A stretch of 58,309 nucleotides of DNA, the filler included, from Sphacelaria rigidula (taxonomy: Eukaryota), in NCBI GenBank assembly GCA_964200075.2. It is 10 parts of 10 records of this genome, joined end to end, with 100 filler letters (N's around TTAATTAATTAA, not from the genome) between each part and the next. Parts side by side here need not be neighbours in the genome. Positions count along the whole stretch, not along the records: positions 35,049 to 40,789 come from CAXNAA020024824.1; positions 40,890 to 46,629 come from CAXNAA020024825.1; positions 46,730 to 52,469 come from CAXNAA020024826.1; 7 more parts are not named here. The stretch is one strand, 5' to 3'. The position numbers and the translations under genes are program-made. This document shows positions 36,941 to 49,960 of the stretch, piece after piece (within the stretch, counting starts at the first letter, position 1; the number at the start of each line of letters is the position of its first letter). The notes beneath the pieces were generated by a model. It saw only the letters and a list, made by a program, of their open reading frames with translations. It did not search any database and was not told where the DNA came from.

Positions 36941-38986
36941 AACAGGCAGTAATACAGCAGTCCACACACCGTTTTCGAAAAACCAAGGTTTTCCCCCAAT
37001 CGCGGGAACAACGACTCTTCGCATATACGAAGAAGCAGTTTTAATCTGAATTAGGACATGTTGTATTTTTTTCGTAGTCGGCGGTTTTCAATGTTTTTTT
37101 CGCGTGCCACAGCTCATCCTAGCGAACGGCTGATCCCAACGTTTGGGAGTTGGGAGATAGTAAGCATCCGCTCCACATTCCGAAACAAGAGTCGCCCCTG
37201 CGGTCAATATTGAACGACTTCCGAGCTGATTTGACAGGGGGTGCTACGGACCGTTTCCGTTCAAAACATATTTGTTTTGGACGTAAATTCCGCGGCAATT
37301 AGCTAAGCTGGGATTTGTTGGGAGTGACGTGTTGCACACAGCACAGGCCGTAGGGCGCAGTAGACTGGAGTATCGTATCGCATCACACAACGCACGATAT
37401 GGTACCGGACAGTGTAAGATCGCGTCGACGATGCAATACACAAGTCGTGGGGGTTTAACTGCCCAGACAATGGAATATAAATACACCGTGCATGACAGCT
37501 CATGTAGTCGAAGGTTTCATTTTTCAGTTTGCACACCAATACCATACAGTTTCCCAGCAACACAGCGCAGCAGGTTGCGTGCTTGAGGGTACAGTATGTA
37601 CGGTGGTTGTGCCGCTTGTGAAGCGACAATCTACAGCAAAAAACATGGGCACGGCAAAGGAGGAAAATAATATGCTTTTGCTTCACAGCAAAGGTCTCGT
37701 CATGTGTTGAGCACACGTCGGATAGGTCCGCAGCCGTAGTTATAAACAAGATAATTCGGAGACTGTGGGCAGAAAATACGGTAAAAGACACGTGACCTGT
37801 GCACGTGAAAAATCCTGCCTCAGAAGAGAGTTCGAATTAGGAACTATGTTGCCTATAGAGGCACGCGTGAAGCTACATCTACCTTGAGCCGCAAGTAGAC
37901 TAGGCAGCGGGAGCACGCGCACGACAATCTCTCAACGCAGCTGACACGGTGTCCGCGCATCTCAAGAGAGATACGGGGGTGCATTGATGTTATTCGCTGC
38001 ACGTGGCAATACTCCAAGGTGTCCCGGGGGGGACAGGTGAAATCAATAAAATACATACAAATCGACCAGGCTCAACACATCAAAGTTGGGAAAACGAAAA
38101 CCAGGTCGTCAGTAGGCCTTCACCAGAGCTGACAGCAAGCAAGCCAAAACGAAACAGCGAGCACACAAGGAGAAAAGACCCCACGTATGACCAGCTTCAA
38201 GCTCCATATTGAATGAGATGTGTGTAGGTCCCCAACCAAGCAGGCTGGTTACGTTTTCCCCTAGGTATCAACAAAAGTTGTCTTGTTTATCCATGCATGG
38301 GCTTGACTTGAAGCAATGGCTGGCTCACTTCACAGCTCAAGCCTTATCATATGTGGAATGAAATCTGAAACTATTACACACTCGCTGCCAAACCGTAACA
38401 CATCACTCATTGGCATGTTTGGTTTGATGAGGACTGTAGCACCCCAAGGCTGTCACCGGAGCTGAATCCTAAATGCTGATGGAATGACTTCACCCCTTTC
38501 AACTCTACGGTGTTGCTTTTTGACAGGGGAGCACAATAGTGTCCAAGGGGGCACCTTGTTGGCTATCCGAAACCGAAAATTCCTTACAGAATCATCCTCA
38601 AACACTCGAACGCCATCCGCTCCGGCGCTCAGCTGCCATCCACGCCAACGACCACATCAAATTCAAGGTATACCCGCTGACGTTCGAGCCAGTCATCCCG
38701 AAGCGGTCTGGATGGTACGTCACTCGATACACCCAACCATCACTCGAATCAGCAATCACCACATCTCGGATATACACATCCATATTCGCTCCGATATATT
38801 CTTCTCTCACTCGCCAGCTATACCAATTCGAGTCCTTCGATTATGGCGAATATAGGCATGATTCTGCGCCCAGCACTCTTGGTGTTACATCTGTGGGGGC
38901 AATCGATCCATCAATCGACAAGTCGATAAATGATTTCAATCAATCATCTATCTCGTGCTCTTGTTTTGTTTTTCTTCCGCGGATAG

Positions 38987-39194
38987 ATATCATCCGGGCC
39001 TGTTCAGCGGCAGACTGAATCGCGTCAACGACGTCGACACTTCAGGTTTGGAGTTCTTCTGGTCGTGTTGCGGCGAGTACGACCGGGACCACCCAGGCTG
39101 CATCCAAGGTCGACATCTATCGTACGACGACCCTCCAGACGGTGGCGCGGGAGGCTGGAGAAGCCCGTTGACGGGGACGCTGCGCACTGATTGA
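38987..39194 (+). CDS. Terminal exon of a protein with a Cys/His zinc-binding motif (YHPG...WSCCG...HPGCxxGxH; BTK/CHORD-like)
   Basis: Pyrimidine tract and TAG acceptor; GC-rich coding; YHPGLFSGRLNRVNDVDTSGLEFFWSCCGEYDRDHPGCIQGRHLSYDD, ending in TGA. Confidence 0.7.
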
Positions 39195-40053
39195 TCCGTG
39201 GAGATAATGAGTAGATGTTGCAGATTGAATCCTTGTTTCGACAGGCATTGATGGAGGCATGGATGCACTGATCGTCGGCATTTTGTTTAGCGAGTTGTAT
39301 ACTTTTTCTTAGCCCTTTCACCAACGGCAGGGTGGAGCATGTGCTAGGTGTCGTGTCCAATTCGAAGTAAAAATTATGTCTAGTCAACAAATGGCCAACC
39401 TCTGTCGGTCGTAAGGTTGAAAATGCAATGGTGTTGGGTGAGTGAATTGCTTCTCGACGTCAAGCCGAACATGCGTTGATTGGCCCCTCGACGGTCACCC
39501 TCCCCTTGCGACAATTGTTGCCTGTCGAATTTTGCACCCGTCGTTTTGTGTGGTCAAGTGTCGGAGTGAAACGTGTTTTTTCTTATATACCAGTTTGAGT
39601 TTGTAATATCTTGATCGTTCGGCTGCGAAGTGATCGTTTTCAGCCCATTGATTCCAATGCGAGCTTATTATTTATTTGTTTTTGAATTCATTGTACGAGA
39701 AAAAGCTTGCTGTTCCTGATGTGAATATCCCGAAGGCTTTGTGTTGTATTCAAGGGGTTAGTTACTTCACATATATCTGTGATGATAAGAGGTGCCCAGT
39801 TCGCCCTTTGCTCATCGTACAATCTTGAGTGCCTTCATTGAGCGAAGGATCGGCGAAGATGCATCGAGGCGTTGAAGGGAGGGTGAGCTAAATTTGGCCG
39901 TGTGTTGGCTACGTTTATCTGTGTTGTGTTGACCTGCGCAATTCTAGTTAATAGGCAAGTAGATATATTCATGAGGTGAGAGAGGCCCGCACCCCTTAGG
40001 CCCATTGCTGTGCAAGAGCTTGCTGGCAGACAAAGTCAACAACTTGTCCATGA

Positions 40054-40789
40054 TTGACTCGCGAAGGACTCCTTGTCCCATATCGGGATTCCGGGAATTT
40101 GATCGCCATGTTGGTTGGCGATGGCTTGTTTCGCGTGCGTGTTGACAGTGATGATGTTTTGCGGATTCCGTCGGATGATAAGGCTCTACAAACTCGCTCG
40201 GTGGTGTGCGCTCACGTGCGGGCGGCTGAGCACCGTGGTGAGGCGCCGACTCTGTTTCATTTGAGAGAACACTGTGTGTGGCCTCACATGGATTCCGACC
40301 TTCGCGAGTTCGTTCGCCAGTGCTCGCATTGTGTAGACACTCGTGCTAGTGCGGTTGTACCTCGTCCGTATGGCGATATTGTGCATGGTACTGCGCCGGG
40401 TGAAGTTGTTCACTTTGATTTTCGGTACGTCGGATGTAGCGGACCTGAAGGTGCTACTGGTTTGCCTGATGAGGATGAGGTTCGGTACGTTTTGGTTATC
40501 ATGGATGATTTGGCCACTTTCGTTCACTTGGAGCCGACTGAGGCTTGCACCGCCGAGGGTATGGCTAAGCACTTGATGCATTGGTGCAAGACTTTGGGGG
40601 TGCCGCGTGCGTGGGTTAGTGACACCGCCACGCACTTCAAGGATCGAGTAGTCGCGCAGCTGAGGGACGCGCTCAAGGTACTTCGCCAACTTGCTGTTGC
40701 GTATACCCCTTGATCGAATGGCGTTTGTGAACGCATGGTGAAAGAGGTTATCCGTGCGTTGCGGTCCATATTGTAAAAACAAAGACGAG
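40054..40789 (+). mobile_element. Ty3/Gypsy integrase fragment
   Basis: H2C2 finger (HVRAAEHRG...CSHC), VVHFDF, GVPRAWVSDTATHF, AYTP*SNGVCERM; premature stop. Confidence 0.9.
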
Positions 40790-42929
40790 NNNNNNNNNNN
40801 NNNNNNNNNNNNNNNNNNNNNNNNNNNNNNNNNTTAATTAATTAANNNNNNNNNNNNNNNNNNNNNNNNNNNNNNNNNNNNNNNNNNNNGAACAACAACG
40901 GAAGTAACGGTAGGGTTCTCTATATGAATTTTGGATCCATGTCGTTCTCTTCCGATGACGTTGGGCATATTTTACCCGACGAGCCTGAATAAGCCCCAAA
41001 AGTCGATATGTTCGTGTCTTTTCGTGATTTTGGTCGGTGACACTTTTTTTGCCCAGTTTGGGGGGTCAGGCGCACCCATAACTGTGTCAAACACAAAAAA
41101 TCCGGACGGCTAGTTCGATAGTTTGACCGACAGTTTTCGAGCGGGCGTGTTGTACAGTTTGGGCGACATGGAGCGAAAACGCCACAATGTTCCTGCCTCG
41201 AGCAGCCTCCTCGCTCGCTCGCCGATATTTTTCGAAATATGTTATTTTTTTTAAATACTCAAGTATTCTCGATATATCGACTTGTCGATCTTCAATATAT
41301 ACGATCTCGATCGTTATACCTATACGCAACCCTGATACTCGTAATTAATATGACATTTACAGTATACTTGGTACGGTGCAGTAATACCGGCATGATCCGT
41401 AGTATAATCAATATAAATGCAAACCTGTGCTTGTTCTGTGCGACGACAGCAGTACGAACTGTACCGTACTATATAGCACTCAATAAAGGTATAATAGAGT
41501 ATGGTGTTCATAAAACAGGGCGGGACAAAGTTGCACGGTTCTGGGCGATATTGAACCGAGTGGCACCCTGCTCTAGTACACCGCACTGACTGCATTGCAC
41601 TGCACTAAATTATTTTGAACCTATACAGAGGATATAAGATTGGAGCTTGTCATACATGCCAACTGCATTCCCGTGGCTCCTTCCTCACTTCACTACAGGA
41701 CAGGATAGGACAGGACAGGGTGCAGTTCGCATTGTTCAACGTCGGTCGAAGCACAGATGGATGTTGCTGTTGTAGTTGGTGTTTTCCGACCCTATACCAT
41801 AGGCGCAATCTACCGAACCAGGTCAAGCTGAACTAGGTCTTACCTGAGCACGATAGGCTGTTATTCATACGTTATCCGATGCCTTTGGCTGTGCTTGAGC
41901 GTGGTGCTGCAGTATATACCCAGCTCCTTTTAAAAGGTCAAGCATACTCGTAGGTGTCTGCAGTGTCAGCTGGTGCCTAGAGCATGTTTCATGACGGTAT
42001 ATAACACCCCGGGTGCAAAGTGTTCACTTTCCTTTTTCTTTGAAAAAACAGGAAGTCTCATACACCATTGGAGGGATCATGCGATTGTCACGATTTCATA
42101 TGACAAGTATTTCATCAATCACAATGGAACTTGGCTGGTCTTTTGCCTTCTCGCAAAATGTAGATTGGAATGCGGACTTAGGGGAGGGGGTGTTATACCC
42201 CGGTATATTGTATATCGAGATACTGCATCAGGATATATATAGATCTACAACAGTAGCTCTATGTACTACTGTATATCAAATTATGCCGCAGCATTTGTTT
42301 CGCCGGGACTCTGGCGTAACGTACTCACGTAAGAACTAGCTCTCAGCTCGAACCAGTTTTGTAATTTTCTGTTGTATAGAGTCAGTAATGACTCCTAACC
42401 CTAACCTATTGCTAACCTCGACGGCGGCAAAACAACACTCGCGCTCCCGCGGTGTTCATCAATGGCTCCGCGTGGATTCGGGAAGAAACGCATTTTTTTT
42501 TGTCAGCGCAAGTTTTTTTTGTCAATAGTACAGGCTCTGTACGAGTATATATATATGCTGACTGCTGATGATGTAGCAATTTCCACCGCCCTTTTTCACC
42601 ATCCAACACGTGCGAAACTCAAAATGGCGAGAGAAGCATTCCGAGCAGCTCGGAAGTTTCGGATTCATGAATTGTTTTACCCTGACAAAGTTTCACGCTG
42701 AACGAAGGGGGGGGGGGATCGTTTCCAAAACTCTTGACGTACCATAATGTTATGTTGTCTTCCCATATCTATTCTGGACGCTGGTGTACAGTACACCTTT
42801 CGGTACGGTACACTGTACAGTATGTGGGCGCACCAACCACGGTCACATACCACACAGGAGGGTCAACACACGAGTTTTTTCGTTTATTGCTTCTTCGTTG
42901 ATTTTAGTTCTCCACCTTCCTCCTGCGGT

Positions 42930-43470
42930 GCTTGAGCAATGCTACGGTAGGGGTGCACTTTTTTCGCGAAAAATTGTCTGGTTCAGGGGCTCCTAACGAT
43001 TTTAGACGCACAANNNNNNNNNAGGGCATCCCCATTTGCAGATTTATTCGGGATATCCCCAGCACATGGGAATAGTAATCTTGGCGTACTCTCGCACATT
43101 TTTATAAGTCGTGTTTTGGATGAGATAGGGGGCTCCTAACAATTTTAATCTCAGAAATTATTTCTTTACCCCTACCGTAGCATCACTCGCTTGCCTTTAT
43201 TTTTCATCGCGAGTGATGCTGCGATAGGGTCTGCACTTTTGGGGCCAAAACCGGCCTGATTCAGGGGTTCCTAAAATTAGGAACTACACAAGAATATATG
43301 GGTCAGGATATCCCCGTTTGCAAATTCATTCGGGATATCCCCAGCAAATTGGAAGAAAACCCCTGGCGTACTCTCCCCTATTTCGAAAGTCGTGATTTGG
43401 ATGAGATAAAGGGTTCCTAACAATTCTACTCTCAGGCCGCAAAAGTGCTGACCCTATCGCAGCATCACTC
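42930..43470. repeat. Degenerate tandem or nested repeat
   Basis: ATTCGGGATATCCCCAGCA...GGCGTACTCTC...GGATGAGATA...CCTAACAATT at about 43047 and 43328; GGGG.TCCTAA recurs four times. Confidence 0.6.
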
Positions 43471-44763
43471 TCGCGAGAGGGGTCCAGCAGTTCCTTCCCC
43501 TCGTCGACCCTTACGTCGAATTTAATACCCACGACATAGTCGCTCTTCATCGTTGGGCATTGTGTGACAAAAAATCCCAGATCGCTGCGAATTTTTTGGA
43601 CCCACGGCCCAGCTGTCAGAAGGTTTCGAGGTTATCGACAAACAGAAGCCATCAGGGCGACCGGCTCAAAATAGCACCAAAAATGACCCGAAGCAATCAA
43701 TTATTGTATTGTGATCCTGAATGTATGTGTCGATATAGAGTATATACGAGTAGATATAGATCGATACTGGCTGACACCTGCTGGGCATCCGTAATTCAGA
43801 GCAGCAGGTGGCGGGGGACACACGACGAATCGATTTCAATCTCAGGTTTGTTTTTGAATAATGCGATCAAAGCGACGGCGAACTCGCTGCTAGCGATATC
43901 GAGTGCTGCTAAGTTTACCTGCTGCCACCACTTGCTTGCCCACCAATAGAAACGTAAAGCCGTACGCGGTTCGCAAGAAGAAACGAGAGAGAAACGGCAT
44001 GTCCAAACTACGCGGCCATGAGCAAACCACGCGCGATCACCTGTCGTGCGCGGTGCTACTAGGATTGAACGATGATGAGGCGGACACCGGGGTGAGCTCT
44101 TTCTTTCGCGCATCAAATCTCACGCGCTTCGAAGAGCTTCAGTTCAGAGAGGACAGATGAGTTCGAACTATGGAGCGATGGATTCCTCGACGGAATAGTC
44201 TCGAAGCGGATAGGATGAGGAATCAAAACATCACCAGCAGCTACACTACTTACCACAGACGCATGCTGACAGTTTTTTCTCTCTTCAGCCCTTCTTGGTT
44301 GAATCAGTTCACCAGCAGCAGATGGATCTATCCCGACAAGCAGGACTCGCTGGGCACATTCACCGCTATCGTCGGCGTCGCGTCGGCGTCAGCCTTGCGC
44401 TTCTTGAAGTTTTATGTTCTTATTGCGATCGCTGTAGGGTGTCACTGCCAATGTTGTTGCTATTGTTGTTTTTCCACCGCTGCCGTTGTTGTCACTGGCG
44501 CGGGCCTCGGTAAAGCACAGACTGGGACTCTGTCTCCCACCCTACTCTGACACGGACCATACATGCACCAGGACCGGTCTGCTGCAGCGTTTCTTCCGCC
44601 GATAGAGATTGTATGTTTCACTCACGGCCCCCGGAGTTTTCCCCGCGGATTCCCTTGGTTGAGTGATGGAAAACTCAGAGCTAGACCACACTCCAGACAC
44701 GGTGGTGTGGACATGTGAACTTATTTGCCTGGATTGTTCTACAAAACGTTGGTTTGGAATCCG

Positions 44764-44948
44764 AGCGGGAACTGATGGTGGCGCCTGTAAGCGAGGCTGC
44801 TTTTCGACGTCTGGCGCCGTCGCGTACCTCGCTGTGGACAGGGGAATTTACCTGGAATTTTTTACAACGCGTTGGTTCGGAATCTGAGTGGAGAAGCGGG
44901 AACTATGGTGGCGCCTGTAAGCGAGGCTGCTTTTCGACGTCTGGCGCC
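44764..44948. repeat. Direct repeat with a core of about 50 bp (two copies)
   Basis: ATGGTGGCGCCTGTAAGCGAGGCTGCTTTTCGACGTCTGGCGCC at about 44775 and 44905. Confidence 0.85.
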
Positions 44949-45249
44949 CTCTCGTGCTTCCTGGAGAGACCTGTTTTCTAATCGTCGTAAAAAGTGTTGA
45001 ATGGCTGCGTGAGGTCATGCTGCGAAAAAGTGGGACGAGAAATGTAGACCACGCACGGCGAACGAACCACGAGCGCGGGTGGCGGATGCTACAAAACCGT
45101 TCGATTCATTGGCAGTATCGAAGGGCACACATATGACATATGCTCACAGGTTCTCGGATTCCTGTTTGAATGTGGGGAGATAGGAGCTGTATTAGCTACT
45201 CTTCGGCGGAATTCGCTGCCATAGCACATTTCTTCAGTACAGTATTATT

Positions 45250-46142
45250 AGAGATATCTCAAACTCGCTCCCAACTTGCGGGAAGAGAGCGAACGTTTTG
45301 TGGGTGCGTTCTCTGACGACACGTTACTACAGATATCCACCAAATGTGGCTGGACGTAAGCTGGTGGAGCATGGTGTGACAGGACCTTGATAGATGAGCG
45401 CGAAAACCTCGAAAGCCACTTGGTCGGCGTACAATTCTCCACAATCGCCTTCCTATAGGACCTCCCCTACAAATTCAATTCGGCCCTCAGCAAGCGTAGC
45501 ATCCAGGTCTCGCCATCATTATTTATTGCATGCAGATGATCGAATTGTATTGACAGAGATCCCGTTCTTGGCCCACCAACCTCAATGTCCATCACAGAAC
45601 TCAGTTCTTCCGACCTTGGGAAATGTCGTCGGTGTTTTAAAAATACGCAGTCACTGCACCTCGCATCAAACGCACTCGCGTGAGCAGGTTCACCTCGCAT
45701 CAAACACACTCATAAGCACAATCGCATGACGATGGATCCAGCATGTCACTCACCCTGGTCAAAAGATGACCAAGCCTTATTTATTGGGGGTACCGAGGAA
45801 AGATACTGCCTTCGTTTGTATCAAACGGGAACCAGATGCAGCTTCCATCCAAATTCTCAGATTATTTCGAAGAGTTTGTCGTGTTCGTCGTCCACTGCGA
45901 CAAATCAAGATGTGTCGGTAAGCTTAGTGCTCAGACAGCAATCTACAAACAGCGACAGCGCTACAGGCGGATTCATGGTGGACGGCCGGAATTTATTCTC
46001 GAGCGATCCTTCCCGCCGTTTTTTCGAATTAGTGCCAAGATCAGAGAGAACAGTTATGATCATCCACACCTGCACAAACCATAATTTTCCGAGAAATATC
46101 TGTCAACCTCCAAGTGGTAAAAGTCACCTCGGGGGAGGGTAG
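45250..46142 (+). mobile_element. Highly decayed Ty1/Copia RT-RNase H remnant
   Basis: YLLHADDRIVL (YVDD-like), PTLGNVVGVLKIR (DLG..fLGi-like), VHCDKSRCV...RIHGGRPEFILE (CDN...HIdiryhFire-like); ends in PPT-like GGGGGAGGG. Confidence 0.45.
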
Positions 46143-46798
46143 ATATCTGGAGTTTTGAGATGCAGTACTCGTAGGAGTAGGGATCCCGGTTCTGCAGTTT
46201 CCGGTTTTGTATTTGGTCCCAGTTTAGCTGTTCAAAGTTCGGCTGGCACCGTCTAATCCCCGTTTAGCGCTTGTATGACCGCTAAACTGGACAGTTGACG
46301 GTTTTACGGTTTTTTAGGGCGGTTTCAGCCAGAATAGCGGTTGTGTGCCCCACAACAGTGCAGCGGCAGTGCAGCAGCACCGGGACCCCTACTGTACTTG
46401 AAAAGGAAGCTACTACAAGCACATTACTCCGCCGCTGTTTGTCGTGAAAATATACTAAATTGCTGGACTAGCCGGCTGCATTACTTGTACAATATAGAAA
46501 AGTCAATCGAAACTGCTACAGTATATTATATGCCTGGCCGCCAGTACTGTATCCGTTGCTTGAACCAACCATCGATGATGTGACAACCGCCCGTTCGTAA
46601 CGGAAGAGTCTACAGGCTGGGCCAGCCTANNNNNNNNNNNNNNNNNNNNNNNNNNNNNNNNNNNNNNNNNNNNTTAATTAATTAANNNNNNNNNNNNNNN
46701 NNNNNNNNNNNNNNNNNNNNNNNNNNNNNCCAGGTGTGCTCCCCCCCCCCCCCCAACCACAACCACAAACAAAAAAAAAACAAAAATAACTTGGCGCA

Positions 46799-46832
<34 letters not shown>

Positions 46833-47159
46833 GAGGGTAACCAATGTTGATCTTCTTCCATGGCACACGAGACAAACGAGACGCCGCTAGCGGAAGAGTC
46901 GGTAAGTTATCACCAACGGGATGGGTTTCAATCAATGTTCGGGTGGGGGCACCAGGAGTACTACGTTATAGAAAAAGCTTTATCCTTCACGTGAAAAATT
47001 GCACGCCACACACCCGTCCATGTCGAAAGGTCGGACGGTTCAAACATAGCTACATATTTTCCCATCTCCGTTGTAACAAAATAAGGCGCTTTATTTTGGG
47101 AAATAATTCTGTATTCGCTTCTAGTGTGGAAGGGGGAGACGGGGGAGACGGAGGGGGGG

Positions 47160-47586
47160 GCGTACTCGTTTGTTGCTTGTCTCAGTCGCTTGACCATTAA
47201 TCACGCAACCCTTCCGAGACGGAGTATCGTGCCTACTCCGAATAGAGATACCTCCAACACTTAGGCGCTCAATACATTTCTTCCAGTTTTTTTTCGTTGC
47301 ACTTTGAACCGCTCCCCTTCCTCGGGATGAGTCCGTGGTCTCAAGGGAACTACCCATTTCTTCCCCGGTGCGCGTCTTTCATTTTGGACTCGCGGATTGG
47401 GTCAGCACTCCCCTACCGCGTCAACTCACGTCACACAAACCCAGTGGGCTACTTTGTTTGCTCACGTTCTCACGCTTTCCACGATGAAAATCATACATTA
47501 CGAAGAAAACGCCCAACGCACCGGGAATCGAACCCTCGTCCTCTCCACCCTAATGGCGACAGTCGGACCATTTCACCACCGGGGCG
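47160..47586 (-). mobile_element. tRNA-derived SINE with LINE-shared 3' tail
   Basis: Head GCCCCGGTGGTGAAATGG...GAGGGTTCGATTCCC (A and B boxes, 47510-47586); body 47315-47420 resembles 50478-50585; tail 47160-47285 resembles 2557-2691. Confidence 0.65.
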
Positions 47587-49040
47587 CGACGCCATACAAT
47601 ACGCAAAACCTTTTGCATACCTTATCTATATAGACGGGGGAGGGGGCTCTGAGAAAAATGTCGTGGTCCTTCGGTAGAACACGAACACTCCCTTGTGTTC
47701 ACGTACAACGGACCTACCTACAATAATAGATGCAGGTGCCCTGGGAAAACATGTCACAGGTACAATGGGGTCTCACCATAGTGCTGTCCTCTCAAGCCCG
47801 GGGTCCCACTATAGCACGGTCAAAATTAATTGTAAAAAATTCAGACTAATATCAAGTGATTGCCCGGTACCAGTGTAGAGCGAAGTCCCAGTATAATACG
47901 GGTTCCCAGTATACTGGGGTGGCTCTAGTACAGTACGGTCATGCCCAGCAGACGACCCCCCACAGTTTACTGGTTCCGCCTTGTGTAGCCTGATTTCCAC
48001 AAGGGAACAGCGTGCCCTCGCCAGCATTGTGTATCCTTTCTACTCGCGGAGGCATGCAGGGCTTCGTCCATAGTGGACGCTTATTTAAATAACCGTTTGA
48101 GGTATGTGTACGCGAGGACACATTTAGTCGAACGAAGGCACGGACGAATCGTTTCGGATGTACCACAAGGCACATAAAATGCTCACCACTACACAGCAAG
48201 CGACTCGATAAAAAGTGCCCCGCCACGCATGGGTCTCAACAGAAGCTCACGCGAGGGACTAAACGACTGTCAACACAAAAGACGCAACACTGAACAGAAC
48301 AAGCCATTGTCCACCTCACCAGCTTCCCGTGCGACCCTCGCATCTTATCCGGGTTCAAGATCTTGTGCCTACGCCCGACCTCGCACACCATCCGCGCAAC
48401 AGCAACCTGTCACCAGAAACCAACCACAGGGAGGAAAGAGAAGAAGGGGGGGAAAGGTTTGGTTGGCAACACGAAAAAACAAATGCACCGCAAAACACTT
48501 CAACGCCCACTACCGAAGTCATCGTTCGAACTGCAGATCTTCGAGGGCTGTTCATCTGCTTTTCATCGGCCGGGGAAGGGCGGCCGCGCGGGCGGGCTGG
48601 GGCGGGGGGAGGGGGGAGGATTTTCTGTAATGTGCAGGACATGCATGGCAAAGTTCTAATGCCCGCCGATATATACACTCCTGCTGAAATAGGGGGGCAC
48701 CTTCGACACATGAAGATTCATTTACGTTCATCACGGTGGCAGATGGAGCAGGTGTTATCCCCCGTATGATCGAATGGACGGTACGGGCCCCAACCGACAT
48801 ACTCACGCTGCAATCGCGATTGTGACTTTCAGCAGCCCGTTTGAAGGTAACAATGCGGGGGGTTCCTGTTGACAACGCGGACTATTCTCCAGCGCGTCAG
48901 AGAAAATATCAAAATTGAAAACTCGTGATAACCTGGCGGGGGCAAACTTTACCGTGACTTCACCAACCCCTCCCAGCACGAGACTGTGCTCTGAACCCTG
49001 CTTCGTTATACTCTTCTCGTCCCGTTATTGTTATTATCAT

Positions 49041-49072
<32 letters not shown>

Positions 49073-49653
49073 CTATTTTCGCACCTTATTTGAGTCCGAT
49101 CTCTCGAACCCGTGGTCACAGCCGTAGGCTCCTCTTTCCAATACCGTCCCTGCTATCCCTTACAATACGTAGGATCCTCGTCATTTATTTCCGACACCCC
49201 AGACTAATAAGAAGAACAAACGCGATCACCCAAAATATCACCAAAATGAAACTACCAAGAGAGATTCCAAGAATACACGTGAAAAGTAGCTTCCTCGAGT
49301 TCGACGGAATGAAAAGGTTAAAAAAAAAAAACTTCAGATACGCTGAAAAATCACACTGAAAGAAGAGGAAAACAAAGGAAAGTCAAGAAGAGGCAGATGG
49401 CACAAGGAGATTGGCATGGTCACCAAGCGAGGGTCAACTCAAGAACAACCCCAGGAGCCTCCAGAGTCCTGTACCAAACCCTCACCCTGTACGGGGGGGG
49501 AGAGCGGTGCTATCCACAATCTCGACCATGATGCTACCGAACCCTCGCCCACGGACTGATCTGGACTCTGGCTGCTCGTTTCACCACGCTCGAACTGTAG
49601 CTTCCTCTTATCCTTCAAGGGCCTCCGTACATTCCAAGAACGAGTGCACTCAC

Positions 49654-49960
49654 CCAGTCGCGATTATATTCTTGGGCAGTCCGTTTGAAGGCGAACTGAT
49701 CATGTCGGTACGCCGCCGCTCCCACCTTGCCTCCTTTTTGCCCCCGACCTTCCTTGTTCCCACCCATGGTCGCACCGTTCGAGAACCCATTCTGTACCGC
49801 CGCCCCGGGGTGATTGGCCACAGCTCGATACGGTATTGGACCGAACTGCTGGTGGTGGTTGCTGTTGTTGAGGCATGTGCCCGAGTTCTTGGGCGGCGCG
49901 GGCGGGGCCGGTCGTGGTGGAGGCGTTACACCTGCTGCCTTGTACATCCCCCACAGGCTC
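49654..49960 (-). CDS. Isolated internal exon of an unknown Pro/Gly-rich protein (SLWGMYKAAG...HDQFAFKRTAQEYNRDW)
   Basis: AACAG acceptor, GTGAGT donor, open GC-rich frame. Confidence 0.55.

Noticed and set aside
43903..44550. SAM-domain-like peptide (VSSFFRASNLTRFEELQF)
   Set aside because: The resemblance is weak, is interrupted by a stop and has no clear exon boundaries.
47510..47586. Functional tRNA gene
   Set aside because: Acceptor and T stems pair poorly, and the sequence is fused to dispersed-repeat body and tail; better explained as a SINE head.
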